From Rhizomicrobium sp. (GTDB lineage Bacteria > Pseudomonadota > Alphaproteobacteria > Micropepsales > Micropepsaceae), in the NCBI GenBank assembly GCA_036491175.1, contig DASXCJ010000028.1, positions 128-64,127 of the forward strand: a stretch of 64,000 nucleotides of DNA. Direction: 5' to 3'. Shown here one piece after another: positions 37,666-48,020 of the stretch (position 1 is its first letter; each line of letters starts with the position of its first letter). Below the pieces are notes generated by a model. That model was given only the letters and a program-made list of their open reading frames with translations. It was not told the origin of the DNA and did not search any database. The translations under genes were made by a program, and so were the position numbers.

Positions 37666-38157
37666 GTGTCATGGCCCGCGAATGCGGGCCACCCAGGTGA
37701 CGCTATGTTCGTCGTGTCAGAAATTGACCGAGTCTGTTCAAAGCATCTTGCGACAAATATGGGCTTGCCGGATTTTCGCTCGACTCTACGGCGTGGGATC
37801 GTGCATTCGCGCTATGGCCCTTTGAACGGAAGCAGCATCCGGGAATGCAAGTGGCGCTACAAAAAGTTTGTATCCCCCGCTTACGTTTAGCAACACGACG
37901 GGCGCACGCTCCAGGTCTCCGACATAGGCTGGCGGAGGAAAGTGGAGATTGAATAGACCGGGCCCGGTTGAGAGAACCTCGGCATCGGCGGGATGAACAG
38001 CTCCGCTGCGTTGCCGCCAAAACTTTGCAATCTCGCTGGTCATCGGATTCCTTGCTGCACCAAAATCGACATTGGGCTACACTGAAGCCGACAACGACGA
38101 CGAATCCACCACTTTAGCGGCGTCACCTGGGTGGCCCACATTCGCGGGCCATGACAC
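37666..38157. mobile_element. Family A inverted doublet enclosing an AT-richer gene fragment
   Basis: Arms at 37666-37701 (consensus) and 38122-38157 (one mismatch); 420-bp interior. Confidence 0.75.
37786..38043 (-). pseudogene. Probably truncated hypothetical gene inside the repeat doublet
   Basis: RBS AAGGA; MTSEIAKFW...HPADAEVL...FNLHFPPPAYVGDLERAPVVLLNVSGGY looks like the N-terminus of a larger folded protein; atypical codon usage. Confidence 0.5.
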
Positions 38158-38223
38158 TTGGTTGGAATATGACAACGAAACCGACGAAGCGCTCTTCCGA
38201 AGTTCAAACTTTACACGGCAACG

Positions 38224-38379
38224 ATGACGACGCGTGGCCGCGTAACGATACCGCTTGAGATTCGCCGGAGACTGAAAATTAAAGCAGGCTTCCAGGTCGA
38301 TTTCGAGCCGGAACCGTCCGGCGGACTGGTTATGCTGGTTCGACGTAAACACAAGCGCCATCGGCTGGCTCCGCGCTAG
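38224..38379 (+). CDS. AbrB/MazE-type DNA-binding (antitoxin-like) small protein, 51 aa
   Basis: MTTRGRVTIPLEIRRRLKIKAGFQVDFEPEPSGGLVMLVRR matches the SpoVT/AbrB pattern; not in the ORF track. Confidence 0.65.
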   Translation: MTTRGRVTIPLEIRRRLKIKAGFQVDFEPEPSGGLVMLVRRKHKRHRLAPR

Positions 38380-38444
38380 CTTCCCTCCTTGACCCCCGCG
38401 CCCCGCGGCCCTACATCCGCCCGGCCCCACTGGAATCCCCCCGC

Positions 38445-39611
38445 ATGAACGTGCGTTCCACCGATACCGACCTGCCGCGCTTCGCCTCCGTCGAGCAGCT
38501 CGTCGAGAAGATGAAGCCGGGCGTGCCGGTCTATGTGCTGCATCCGGGGAAGTTCCAGGTGGCGGCGAAGCGCTTCCTCGATTCCTTCCCGGGCGACACG
38601 CTGTTCGCCATCAAGGCCAATCCGCATCCGCACGTGCTGGAGCAGGTCTGGGCCGCGGGCATCCGTCATTTCGACACCGCATCGCTCGCCGAGATCGAGC
38701 AGGTCAAGACGCGCTTCCCCGAGGCGCATTGTCATTTCATGGCGCCGGTGCGCGCGGCCGGCGCGGCCAAGGCCGCCTTCACGAAATACGGCGTGACCGA
38801 CTTCGTCGTCGATTGCGACTACGAGCTCGAGAAGCTGCTCGGCGAGACCAACGATCCGGGCAAGCTGCGCATCTTCGTGCGCATCGCCACGCCCTTGGGC
38901 GGCGCGCTGCTCGAGCTCTCCAGCAAATTCGGCACCACGCCCGACGACGCGGCGCGGCTCTTGAAGCGCGTGGCCGAGGCCGGCGCGCAACCCTGCATCA
39001 CCTTCCATGTCGGCTCGCAATGCCTGTCGCCCTTCTCCTATGCGCAGGCGATCGAGATGGCGCGGCGCACCGCGGAGATCGCTTGCGTCCAGATCGCGGC
39101 GCTGGATGTCGGCGGCGGCTTCCCCGGCCCCTACACCAACAACGACGTGCCGCCCTATCACTGGTATTTCGACACCATCCGCGAGGCGCTCGCGACCTTG
39201 CCCAAACAGGTGCCCGTGATCTGCGAGCCCGGCCGCGCGCTGATCGCCGAAGGCATGTCGCTCGTCACGCAAGTGATCCTGCGCAAGGGCGACACGCTTT
39301 ACCTGAACGACGGCGTCTATGGCAGCTTCGACGAGCTGACGCTTCCCGGCTGGACCGGCGACTATGTCCACCGCGTGCTGACGCTCGACGCCAAGGGCAA
39401 GCTCACCGAGCGCCCCGCCGGCCACCGCGCCTACCGCGTCTTCGGCCCCACTTGCGACACGCTCGACGTGCTGCCGCGCCCGCTGCCGCTGCCCGACGAC
39501 ATGGCGCCGGGCGATTTCATCGTCTTCGAGGCCATCGGCGCCTATTCCGTCGCGGTACGGACGAATTTCAACGGCTTCTTCCCCGACACCTGGGCCGTGG
39601 CCGGGAATTGA
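38445..39611 (+). CDS. Type III PLP-dependent ornithine/lysine decarboxylase
   Basis: FAIKANP, FDTAS..EI, SKFG, FHVGSQ, LDVGGGFP, EPGR, GPTCD, GAYS. Confidence 0.92.
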   Translation: MNVRSTDTDLPRFASVEQLVEKMKPGVPVYVLHPGKFQVAAKRFLDSFPGDTLFAIKANPHPHVLEQVWAAGIRHFDTASLAEIEQVKTRFPEAHCHFMAPVRAAGAAKAAFTKYGVTDFVVDCDYELEKLLGETNDPGKLRIFVRIATPLGGALLELSSKFGTTPDDAARLLKRVAEAGAQPCITFHVGSQCLSPFSYAQAIEMARRTAEIACVQIAALDVGGGFPGPYTNNDVPPYHWYFDTIREALATLPKQVPVICEPGRALIAEGMSLVTQVILRKGDTLYLNDGVYGSFDELTLPGWTGDYVHRVLTLDAKGKLTERPAGHRAYRVFGPTCDTLDVLPRPLPLPDDMAPGDFIVFEAIGAYSVAVRTNFNGFFPDTWAVAGN

Positions 39612-39648
39612 GGCAGCCGCGCTGCCGCGCGCGTGCTAGTCTCGCGCA

Positions 39649-40200
39649 ATGTCGCGCACGCTTTTGACGGCCGCCCTTCTCCTCGCCACCACGGCCTTGG
39701 CCGGCGGCGGCTGGACGACCTATCGCGGCGACGGGTTTTCCATCGACATCCCGCCCGGCTGGCGCGCCAATCCGAAATTCGAGGATGACGGCTACGGCTT
39801 CTATCAGGGCTTCCAGGACGACCGGCTGTTCGGCGCCGCGTTCACGCCGCTGACCGATCCGCAGCCTTCGAGCAATCTGAGGGAGCCGAATCCCACACTG
39901 GCGGTCGAGCGCCTGCCGCCGGCATCGCGCTGCAGCGCCGATGCGTTCATCGTCGACGCGGCCCCGGACAGCTTCACCGCCGAACCCACCAGCACCGCCA
40001 ATTTCGCCCGCACGGTCGCCGAGCCCGGCGATCTCTACGGCGAGGAGCAGCAGGTCTTCGTGGTCAGGACGCGGCCTTGCGTGGCGGTGCATCTCTACAT
40101 CGCCTATGCCCAGCGGAGCGTGAAGCCCGAACGCGCCTATGACCGCGCCGCGCTTTTCGGCACCTTCGAGCGGATGCGCCGCTCGGTGCGAATTCCTTAA
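39649..40200 (+). CDS. Hypothetical exported protein
   Basis: Signal peptide MSRTLLTAALLLATTALA followed by WTTY....FSIDIP.GW. Confidence 0.65.
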   Translation: MSRTLLTAALLLATTALAGGGWTTYRGDGFSIDIPPGWRANPKFEDDGYGFYQGFQDDRLFGAAFTPLTDPQPSSNLREPNPTLAVERLPPASRCSADAFIVDAAPDSFTAEPTSTANFARTVAEPGDLYGEEQQVFVVRTRPCVAVHLYIAYAQRSVKPERAYDRAALFGTFERMRRSVRIP

Positions 40201-40224
40201 CGCCTCTTCACTATGATCGCGGGC

Positions 40225-40881
40225 ATGTCGGACCCGCGTCTTGCAAGCCTCATGGAGCTCGCGGCCGAGCATGCGCCCGAGAAGCGGCGCAAGCTCGCGG
40301 TGGAGCTGTGCGATCTGTTGCTGGACTGGCCGGAGAACTATCCGCGGTCCATGCGCGAGCCTTTCGAGACGTTGCTCGAGAAGACAGTGCGCCTGGTCGA
40401 CCGCGACACGCGCGCGGCGCTGATCGCGCGCATCGCCGAGGCGCCGGGCGCGGCGCTCGACTTCCTCAACGAATTCTTCTTCGACGCGCCGGATGCGCTG
40501 CGCACGGCGATCCTGGAACGCAACGCCGCCGCGCCCTCCGCGCCCAACGGCCATGCCGTCGACGAGGCCACGCTGATCGAGCAATTGCGCGGCCATCCGC
40601 GCGACGCCTTCGCCGAGCTTCTCGCCGGCGCCCTGGACGTGACGGTGGAGACCGCCGCGCGCATCCTGCATGACGGCACGGGCGAGGCGCTCGCCATCGC
40701 CGCCAAGGGCGCGCATCTCTCCCGCGCCGCCTTCTCGACCTTGGCGCTGCTGGCGGACGGCCCGGGCGCGCCGGAGACCATGCTCGCCCGCCTCGCCGTC
40801 TTCGAGACCGTGCCGGAGCAGGGGGCGGAGAACCTCATGCGTTTCTGGCGCCGCCATAGTCCCGACGCAAAAGCGGCGTGA
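40225..40881 (+). CDS. DUF2336-like protein (short)
   Basis: L.ELA....PEKRRKLA...DL and RILHDGTGEALAIAAKGA.L...F motifs. Confidence 0.7.
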   Translation: MSDPRLASLMELAAEHAPEKRRKLAVELCDLLLDWPENYPRSMREPFETLLEKTVRLVDRDTRAALIARIAEAPGAALDFLNEFFFDAPDALRTAILERNAAAPSAPNGHAVDEATLIEQLRGHPRDAFAELLAGALDVTVETAARILHDGTGEALAIAAKGAHLSRAAFSTLALLADGPGAPETMLARLAVFETVPEQGAENLMRFWRRHSPDAKAA

Positions 40882-40892
40882 TATAAGGGCCC

Positions 40893-41540
40893 ATGATCGC
40901 GCTCTTCCTTCTCGCCGCCGCAGCAGCGACAAGCGTGCCGCCCGTCTGTGACGCGCCCGGCCTCACGCCGCCGCGCTCGGCCAACAGCCATGCCATAGAG
41001 TCCTCCGAATATCCCGACCTCTCCCGGCGGTTGAACGAAGAGGGCGTGACGATCGCCAACATCCTGGTGGATGACACCGGCAAGGCGGCGGGCGCGAGCG
41101 TGCTCGTCTCCAGCGGCGCGCCTCGCCTCGACGACGCCACCATCGACATGATCACCCACCGCTGGCTCTACCTGCCGGCCATGCGCGACGGAAAACCCGT
41201 GGCTTGCCTCAATGCGGCGCGCGTGATTTGGCATCTGAGCGGCACGTCCGCCTACGACCTCGGCATGGCCGCGCCCGGCATCGCCGTCAAACGCATGGGA
41301 CCGGCCGACTATCCGGCCTCCGCCAGGGCGGCGAAGGAAGAGGGCGTTTCGTCCATCCTGCTGCACGTCCTGGACGACGGCACGGTGGAGACCAAGACAA
41401 TCGTCTCCGGCGGCTATGCCGATCTCGACGCCGCCGCCGCCGCCCGTGTCCGCGCCATCTGGGACGCGCAGCCCAACAAGCCCAAGACGGGCGCATGGAT
41501 CTTCATCTACGCCTGGAAACTGACGCCGCCGGCGCTTTGA
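40893..41540 (+). CDS. Exported protein with two TonB C-terminal-like domains
   Basis: YPDLSRRLNEEG...SSGAPRLDDA...W.YLPA.RDGKPV and a second YP.SARAAKEEG...SGGYADLD. Confidence 0.8.
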   Translation: MIALFLLAAAAATSVPPVCDAPGLTPPRSANSHAIESSEYPDLSRRLNEEGVTIANILVDDTGKAAGASVLVSSGAPRLDDATIDMITHRWLYLPAMRDGKPVACLNAARVIWHLSGTSAYDLGMAAPGIAVKRMGPADYPASARAAKEEGVSSILLHVLDDGTVETKTIVSGGYADLDAAAAARVRAIWDAQPNKPKTGAWIFIYAWKLTPPAL

Positions 41541-41730
41541 CGGATTCGCGGCCGCCGCGACCCGGCCACGCGATATTCCCGTTCACCCGAAATCCCGCGC
41601 GCATCCCTGCTTTCAAGCGTGATGGCCGTCACGGACGGCCGCGGACTTTCATGGCAGGATCGCTGCATTCGGGTCCGAGGACCGCGCCGCTATTCGTGAA
41701 TTCACCAATACAAACCTGATGGAGACAACG

Positions 41731-42711
41731 ATGTTGAAATTCGCCACCCTCACCGCCGCATCCGTGCTTCTCGCCGCCTGTGCCTCCACGCCAGATGTGA
41801 CGTATCACTACTATCTGGCGAAGGCGCGCACGACGCTGTCGGCGACGCAAACGATCACCTGCACCAAGGACAATGCGGGCATCGTCGTCGTCACCACGGC
41901 GCAGCAGCCGGCTACCATCTACATGGCCGACACCGCGGCCGGGCCCTACGATCTGCCGGCCCGCTCTCTCGACGGCGCGTTCTCCGACGCCAATGTCACC
42001 ATCACGCTTTCGGAAGACGGCCGGCTCAAGGGCCTCAACGCCACGCAGACGGGCGAAGGCCAGGCGATACTCAATTCCGCGATCGGCCTGGTCGGCGCCG
42101 CCTTGAAGGGCGGCGGCGAAAGTGGAGCGAAGCCGCTCGTCACGGGTGCAGCCAAGAAGCCGAAAATCGGCCCGGCCTGCGCCATCGTGCAGAACCACGG
42201 CGGCACGATCACACTGACTTACGCCGAAGCGGTCGATCTCGGCGCGAAATACGTCCAGAGCCAAGGTGCGGATTACAATGAGCCGCCGCCCGTCAGCGAC
42301 AAGACAACCTTGGACGCCCTCGACAAGGTCGCCGCCGTCCCCACGATCGGCCTCGATATCGCGTTCTCGCCGAACGAAGGCGGCGCAAGCTCGCCGTGCA
42401 AGGACACCACCCAGCCCATGGTGACGCTGCGCAAGACCGTGAACGCGCTGGTGCAGATCAATATCGACAATTCGCCCGCCTCCAGCACGCTCGTCACGGT
42501 GCCGGCCAGGGACACCTATTGCTTGGCGCTGTCCAAGGCGGCCATGTTCGGGAACGATCAGGTCGCGCTCACGCTCTTCGATTCCGGCGCGATCACCTCC
42601 CTCCAGAACAACAAGACGAACGGCGGTGCGCAAGCCATCGGCACGGCCCAGACCTTCGTCACCACCGTCGTGCCGTCCGCGCCGGCCGCGCCGGCTTCCG
42701 GCGGTCATTAA
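41731..42711 (+). CDS. Hypothetical lipoprotein
   Basis: Lipobox LLAAC; SDANVTITLSEDGRLKGLNA and a second LTLFDSGAITSL beta motif. Confidence 0.7.
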   Translation: MLKFATLTAASVLLAACASTPDVTYHYYLAKARTTLSATQTITCTKDNAGIVVVTTAQQPATIYMADTAAGPYDLPARSLDGAFSDANVTITLSEDGRLKGLNATQTGEGQAILNSAIGLVGAALKGGGESGAKPLVTGAAKKPKIGPACAIVQNHGGTITLTYAEAVDLGAKYVQSQGADYNEPPPVSDKTTLDALDKVAAVPTIGLDIAFSPNEGGASSPCKDTTQPMVTLRKTVNALVQINIDNSPASSTLVTVPARDTYCLALSKAAMFGNDQVALTLFDSGAITSLQNNKTNGGAQAIGTAQTFVTTVVPSAPAAPASGGH

Positions 42712-42721
42712 GGGCGCCGCC

Positions 42722-43309
42722 ATGCCAGGTTCCCAACCCGCACCCGGCGTCTTTGGGGCTTTCGACCAGGTCAGCACCGCGGCGCTTGGCGCCGCGGTGC
42801 TGCACGATGTCCTTGCGCTGCCGGCACAGGATCAGAGGATGTCGAACTGGTGCTGGGCGGCCGCGGCGGCCGATGTCGCGAACTTCTATGCGCCCGGCCC
42901 TTTGCCCATCGACCAATGCGTTTTCGTTCGGGCGGTCTACGCGGAGGTCGATTGCGCCCACCTTCCCGGCTACGACGCCTGCGTGAACTACAACACGCCG
43001 CAGGACATCGCCGGTGCGCTCAAAGCCCGTCATCACCTCAACGAGCCGCCGCTGATGCGGGCATTGAAGTTCGATGAGATCGTCGTGGAAATCGGGCACA
43101 ACCGCCCGGTCTGCGCCTGGATGAATACTTATGAGGGCCATTACGTCGTGATCCATGGCTATCAATGCGGCCCGGGCGTGCAGGACGTCTTCATCGCCGA
43201 TCCCGACGCGGCGAAGAAATTTGACGGCCAGCATTCCTATGCCGAGCTGACGGGCGGCGCCAAACCGTATTGGGCCGCGACTTACCTCACACAGCTAAAG
43301 GATCCCTGA
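42722..43309 (+). CDS. Papain-like cysteine protease (C39-like/C70-like)
   Basis: QDQRMSNWCWAA (oxyanion Gln and catalytic Cys), RPV, GHYVVIHGY, FIADP. Confidence 0.8.
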   Translation: MPGSQPAPGVFGAFDQVSTAALGAAVLHDVLALPAQDQRMSNWCWAAAAADVANFYAPGPLPIDQCVFVRAVYAEVDCAHLPGYDACVNYNTPQDIAGALKARHHLNEPPLMRALKFDEIVVEIGHNRPVCAWMNTYEGHYVVIHGYQCGPGVQDVFIADPDAAKKFDGQHSYAELTGGAKPYWAATYLTQLKDP

Positions 43310-43312
43310 TCC

Positions 43313-43857
43313 ATGCCTTTCGCGAAATCCGCACAACCGCGCGGGGGCAAGCAGGCCTTGCGCAAGGCGTTGCGGCGGCGGATCCATTCCCGGCACCCGC
43401 TGCGCGCTTTCCGGAAGGACGTTCGCGCCGCCGCCGCGCTGCCGCTTCATGTGCTCCGCTCGGCCGCCGCCGGCGCGCCGTTGTCCCGCGCCGCGAGGTC
43501 CGGATGGTGGTATCCGATGCTCGCGAGCGGCAAGCCGGCGATCGCCTTCATGCGTGGAAAGGACCGCCCGCGATTCGCCGGGATGACATCCGGGAAGCTT
43601 GCCGAGAATCTGTTCCGGGCGGCCAAGCGCGCGGAACGGGATCTTTCGGGCGCCGGGCAGACCTATGCGCCGCGCCTGATCGAAATACCCTCGCTGCGCA
43701 TCATCGCTCTGTGGCTCTATGCGCCGCGCGGCCATAGCCGTTACGTGCTGCTTGCGCATGGCCGTGCGCGGGCGCGCCCGGACTTCGTCATTCTCGATTC
43801 GCTGGAGCAAGCGCGCGAAGCCGCGCGTAAAGCCGCGCCGCGCAAGCGCCGCCGCGC

Positions 43858-43861
<4 letters not shown>
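43313..43861 (+). CDS. Hypothetical basic protein, protease partner
   Basis: Starts 3 nt after the protease stop; GWWYPML, YAPRLIEIPSLRIIALWL; Arg/Lys-rich. Confidence 0.6.
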
Positions 43862-45432
<1,571 letters not shown>

Positions 45433-45474
45433 GGGGGCGGATTAGCAGGGGGCGCACAGGCGTGCAAGCCGACG

Positions 45475-45828
45475 CTATTTCAGGAGCCGGGAGCGGGTTG
45501 CCGTCCTCGATCACCGTGAAACGGTGGTTCAGGCTGTCGCCATATTCCTCGACCGCCGCCCGCAGCCGCGACCATTGAAACGGCTTTGCACGAAGCCTCA
45601 ATCGGAAAAGCGCGACGCCGAAACCCGCCGCCACGGCATCGCGAAACAGCAGATCTCCGAACCCCAGATCATGCGTCAAAAGCAATCGGCGGCTGCGGGC
45701 CGCGAGAGCGAATATGGATTCGTCGGACGCGGATGGGAAGCTCTCTGTAACGAACGTTACATCGTGCCGGCGGTCCTGAGCTTCTCGACGATGAACGGAC
45801 TGATGTTCTCATCGGCGAGCCAGCGCAT
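45475..45828 (-). pseudogene. DUF5615 PIN-like toxin, frameshifted
   Basis: MRWLADENISPFIVEKLRTAG / HDVTFVTESFPSASDE / SIFALAARSRRLLLTHDLGFGDLLFR recovered across two frame changes, with another likely near the 3' end. Confidence 0.75.
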
Positions 45829-45831
45829 CGA

Positions 45832-46059
45832 TCAGCCGGATGACGCCGTTTCCGCAGCGGATGTGAAATAGTCCGCGCCGAAGGCTTGCGCGTCTAGGAT
45901 ATCCTCGCGCGTGAGGTGCGGATGATCGGCAACGATCTCCTCGACCGTCATCCCTTCCTGCAGCGCGCGCAGGATGAAATCGACGGGGATGCGCGTCCCC
46001 CGGATGACAGGCTTTCCGTACGTCCTGCCGGGATCAATTTCGATGCGTTCGTACTTCAT
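45832..46059 (-). CDS. DUF433 antitoxin
   Basis: RIEIDP....GKPVIRGTRIPV..IL..L.EGMTVEEI..DHPHLTREDI. Confidence 0.9.
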   Translation of the reverse strand: MKYERIEIDPGRTYGKPVIRGTRIPVDFILRALQEGMTVEEIVADHPHLTREDILDAQAFGADYFTSAAETASSG

Positions 46060-46226
46060 GGCAGAAGCTCCGTTCTGTGGAGAATATACCACATAACTGT
46101 ATCAGCCGAAAGAACGGTTCCCGGCCATGCCGTCGACGGCGGATTGCGCTGTTGCGTGGGTCCGGGACCGCACGCGGCAAGTCTGCTACGGTCGTTTCGG
46201 GTTGAAACGATTTGTCGGAGATTTTC

Positions 46227-46763
46227 ATGCGCCGCATCCTGGTCGCCGCCGCCTTTTTGCTCGCCGCCTCCCCCACCCTCGCCGCCGCGCCGCCGGGCTG
46301 CAGCGCGAAAGCCATTCCCGGCACGCCGGTGACGGGCACCGTCGGCGGCAAGCACTTCGTGGTGAAACAGGCGACCGTGACGATCGGCAAGGGCTTCGCC
46401 GTCAACGACGTCAAATTCGATTCCTACGACCTGATGCTGGAGGTCGACGGCATCTTCAACGCGCTGACGACGCGCGTGATCGTCAAGGAGGGCACGCGCG
46501 CCGACGGCCGAAGCTTCCGCGTGGTCGACAGCGAGTCCATCGGCGACCAGCCCATGGCCATCGCCGGCACGCCCGAGGTGCAGAGCTGGGACCTGCAGTT
46601 GGAATCGGCCGGCGTCGACACCAGCTTCACCCAGGAGGCCGCCTCGATGCGGCTGGAATACGGCCAGCGCAAAGGCAACGTGCTGCCCGGCAAGATCGTC
46701 TTCTGCGCGCCCGGCCAGAAAGCCACCATCGCCGGCACCTTCAACGCGGTGATCGGGCGCTAG
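46227..46763 (+). CDS. Hypothetical exported protein
   Basis: Signal peptide MRRILVAAAFLLAASPTLA; beta-rich with two Cys; host-like codon usage. Confidence 0.7.
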   Translation: MRRILVAAAFLLAASPTLAAAPPGCSAKAIPGTPVTGTVGGKHFVVKQATVTIGKGFAVNDVKFDSYDLMLEVDGIFNALTTRVIVKEGTRADGRSFRVVDSESIGDQPMAIAGTPEVQSWDLQLESAGVDTSFTQEAASMRLEYGQRKGNVLPGKIVFCAPGQKATIAGTFNAVIGR

Positions 46764-46785
46764 GTAAAAAGACGCCAGAGCCTCT

Positions 46786-46907
46786 GTGTCATGACCCGTG
46801 AATGCGGGCCACCCAGGTGACCGCGCCGTCCTGGTCAAGAATACGCTTCCCCGTGCCGAACCCGAGCAGGTTTCAACTGGGCAGCCCGCATTCGCGGGCC
46901 GTGACAC
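46786..46907. repeat. Family A inverted doublet, degenerate
   Basis: GTGTCATGACCCGTGAATGCGGGCCACCCAGGTGAC (46786-46821) and TTCAACTGGGCAGCCCGCATTCGCGGGCCGTGACAC (46872-46907), between convergent genes. Confidence 0.85.
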
Positions 46908-46931
46908 GAAGCGCGAATCCACGAGAGCCGA

Positions 46932-47264
46932 CTACACCACCGGTTCATCCACGAAAGCGCGGCCCTGGCGGTCCTCGATCTCGACGATCCAGAGATCGGG
47001 ATCGAACTTGATCTGCCTGTCGAAATAGGCCCGCGCCTTCTCCTCGTCCGCCGCGTCGCCGAGCGGCCTGACCCAGACGAGCTCGCCCTCGCCGCGCCGC
47101 GCCTGCGACAGCACCAGCGACGTGCCGTCGAGCCGCGCGATCTTGATCAGCACCGCGCCCGCCTCCTCCGCCCCCTTGCGCACGACATAGGCCGCGGCCC
47201 CAGCCACTTCCGCGCGGCGGATCAGGGCCCTGACGAAGATGCCGGCCTTGAGGCGGGGGGTCAT
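46932..47264 (-). CDS. DUF1491 family protein
   Basis: RLK..IFV.AL.RR......AYVVRKGAEEAGAV...FDPDLWIVEIEDRQG. Confidence 0.9.
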   Translation of the reverse strand: MTPRLKAGIFVRALIRRAEVAGAAAYVVRKGAEEAGAVLIKIARLDGTSLVLSQARRGEGELVWVRPLGDAADEEKARAYFDRQIKFDPDLWIVEIEDRQGRAFVDEPVV

Positions 47265-47316
47265 AATTCGGCCCGAAAGATGGGTTGCCGTCGCACCCTA
47301 ACACCGGGGGAAGACC

Positions 47317-48018
47317 ATGTTCCACAGAACCGCCTTGCTGATCGGATTTCTTGCCGTGGCCCTGCCGGCTGCCGCGCAACAGAACGCACCGCGCGTGATC
47401 GTCATGACGGGTCAGGGCTCAGTCGCCGTCATGCCGGACGAAGCGACGGTGACGGCGGGCGTCGTCACCCAATCCGGCGCCGCTGCCGACGCGGTCTCGG
47501 CCAACGCCGCCACCATGGAGCGCGTCATGGCGGCGCTGAAGCGGCTGGGGATCGCCGAGGGGGACATCCACACCACGCGCTTCGATCTCGAGCCGCAATA
47601 TGCGGCGCAAGACAGTTCCGGACAGCCGCGCCGCATCGCCGGCTATGAAGCGACCAACGGCGTCAGCGTGCGGATCGACGATGTCGGCCACGCCGGTGCG
47701 GTGCTCGACGCGCTGATCCAGGCCGGCGCCAACCAGGGCGTGAACGTGGAGTTCGACGTGAAGGACCCCGCGCCGGCACTTGCCGAAGCCCGCAAGAAAG
47801 CCGCCGAGGATACGCTGGCGCGGGCGCGCACCTATGCCGGCACGCTCGGCAATACGCTGGGTCCGATCCTGTCGGTTTCGGAAGGCGGCAACACGGGGAT
47901 GCTGGCCGGGGCACGCTTCAAGCCGCAGGGCCTCTACTCGCCTTCGCCGGTCACGGTGGTGGCGGCGGGCGAACAGACGATCGACGCGACCGTGACGATC
48001 GAATGGGCCTTGAAGTAG
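47317..48018 (+). CDS. SIMPL/DUF541 periplasmic protein
   Basis: Signal peptide, GQGSV.V.PDEA.V..GV, GYEATN.VSV, AGAN, AGEQ...ATVTIEW. Confidence 0.9.
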   Translation: MFHRTALLIGFLAVALPAAAQQNAPRVIVMTGQGSVAVMPDEATVTAGVVTQSGAAADAVSANAATMERVMAALKRLGIAEGDIHTTRFDLEPQYAAQDSSGQPRRIAGYEATNGVSVRIDDVGHAGAVLDALIQAGANQGVNVEFDVKDPAPALAEARKKAAEDTLARARTYAGTLGNTLGPILSVSEGGNTGMLAGARFKPQGLYSPSPVTVVAAGEQTIDATVTIEWALK

Positions 48019-48020
48019 CG

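Noticed and set aside
40197-40211. Possible CtrA box upstream of the DUF2336 gene (also 27898 and 51831)
   Set aside because: Only one TTAAC half-site is present; the second half-site or the spacing does not fit.
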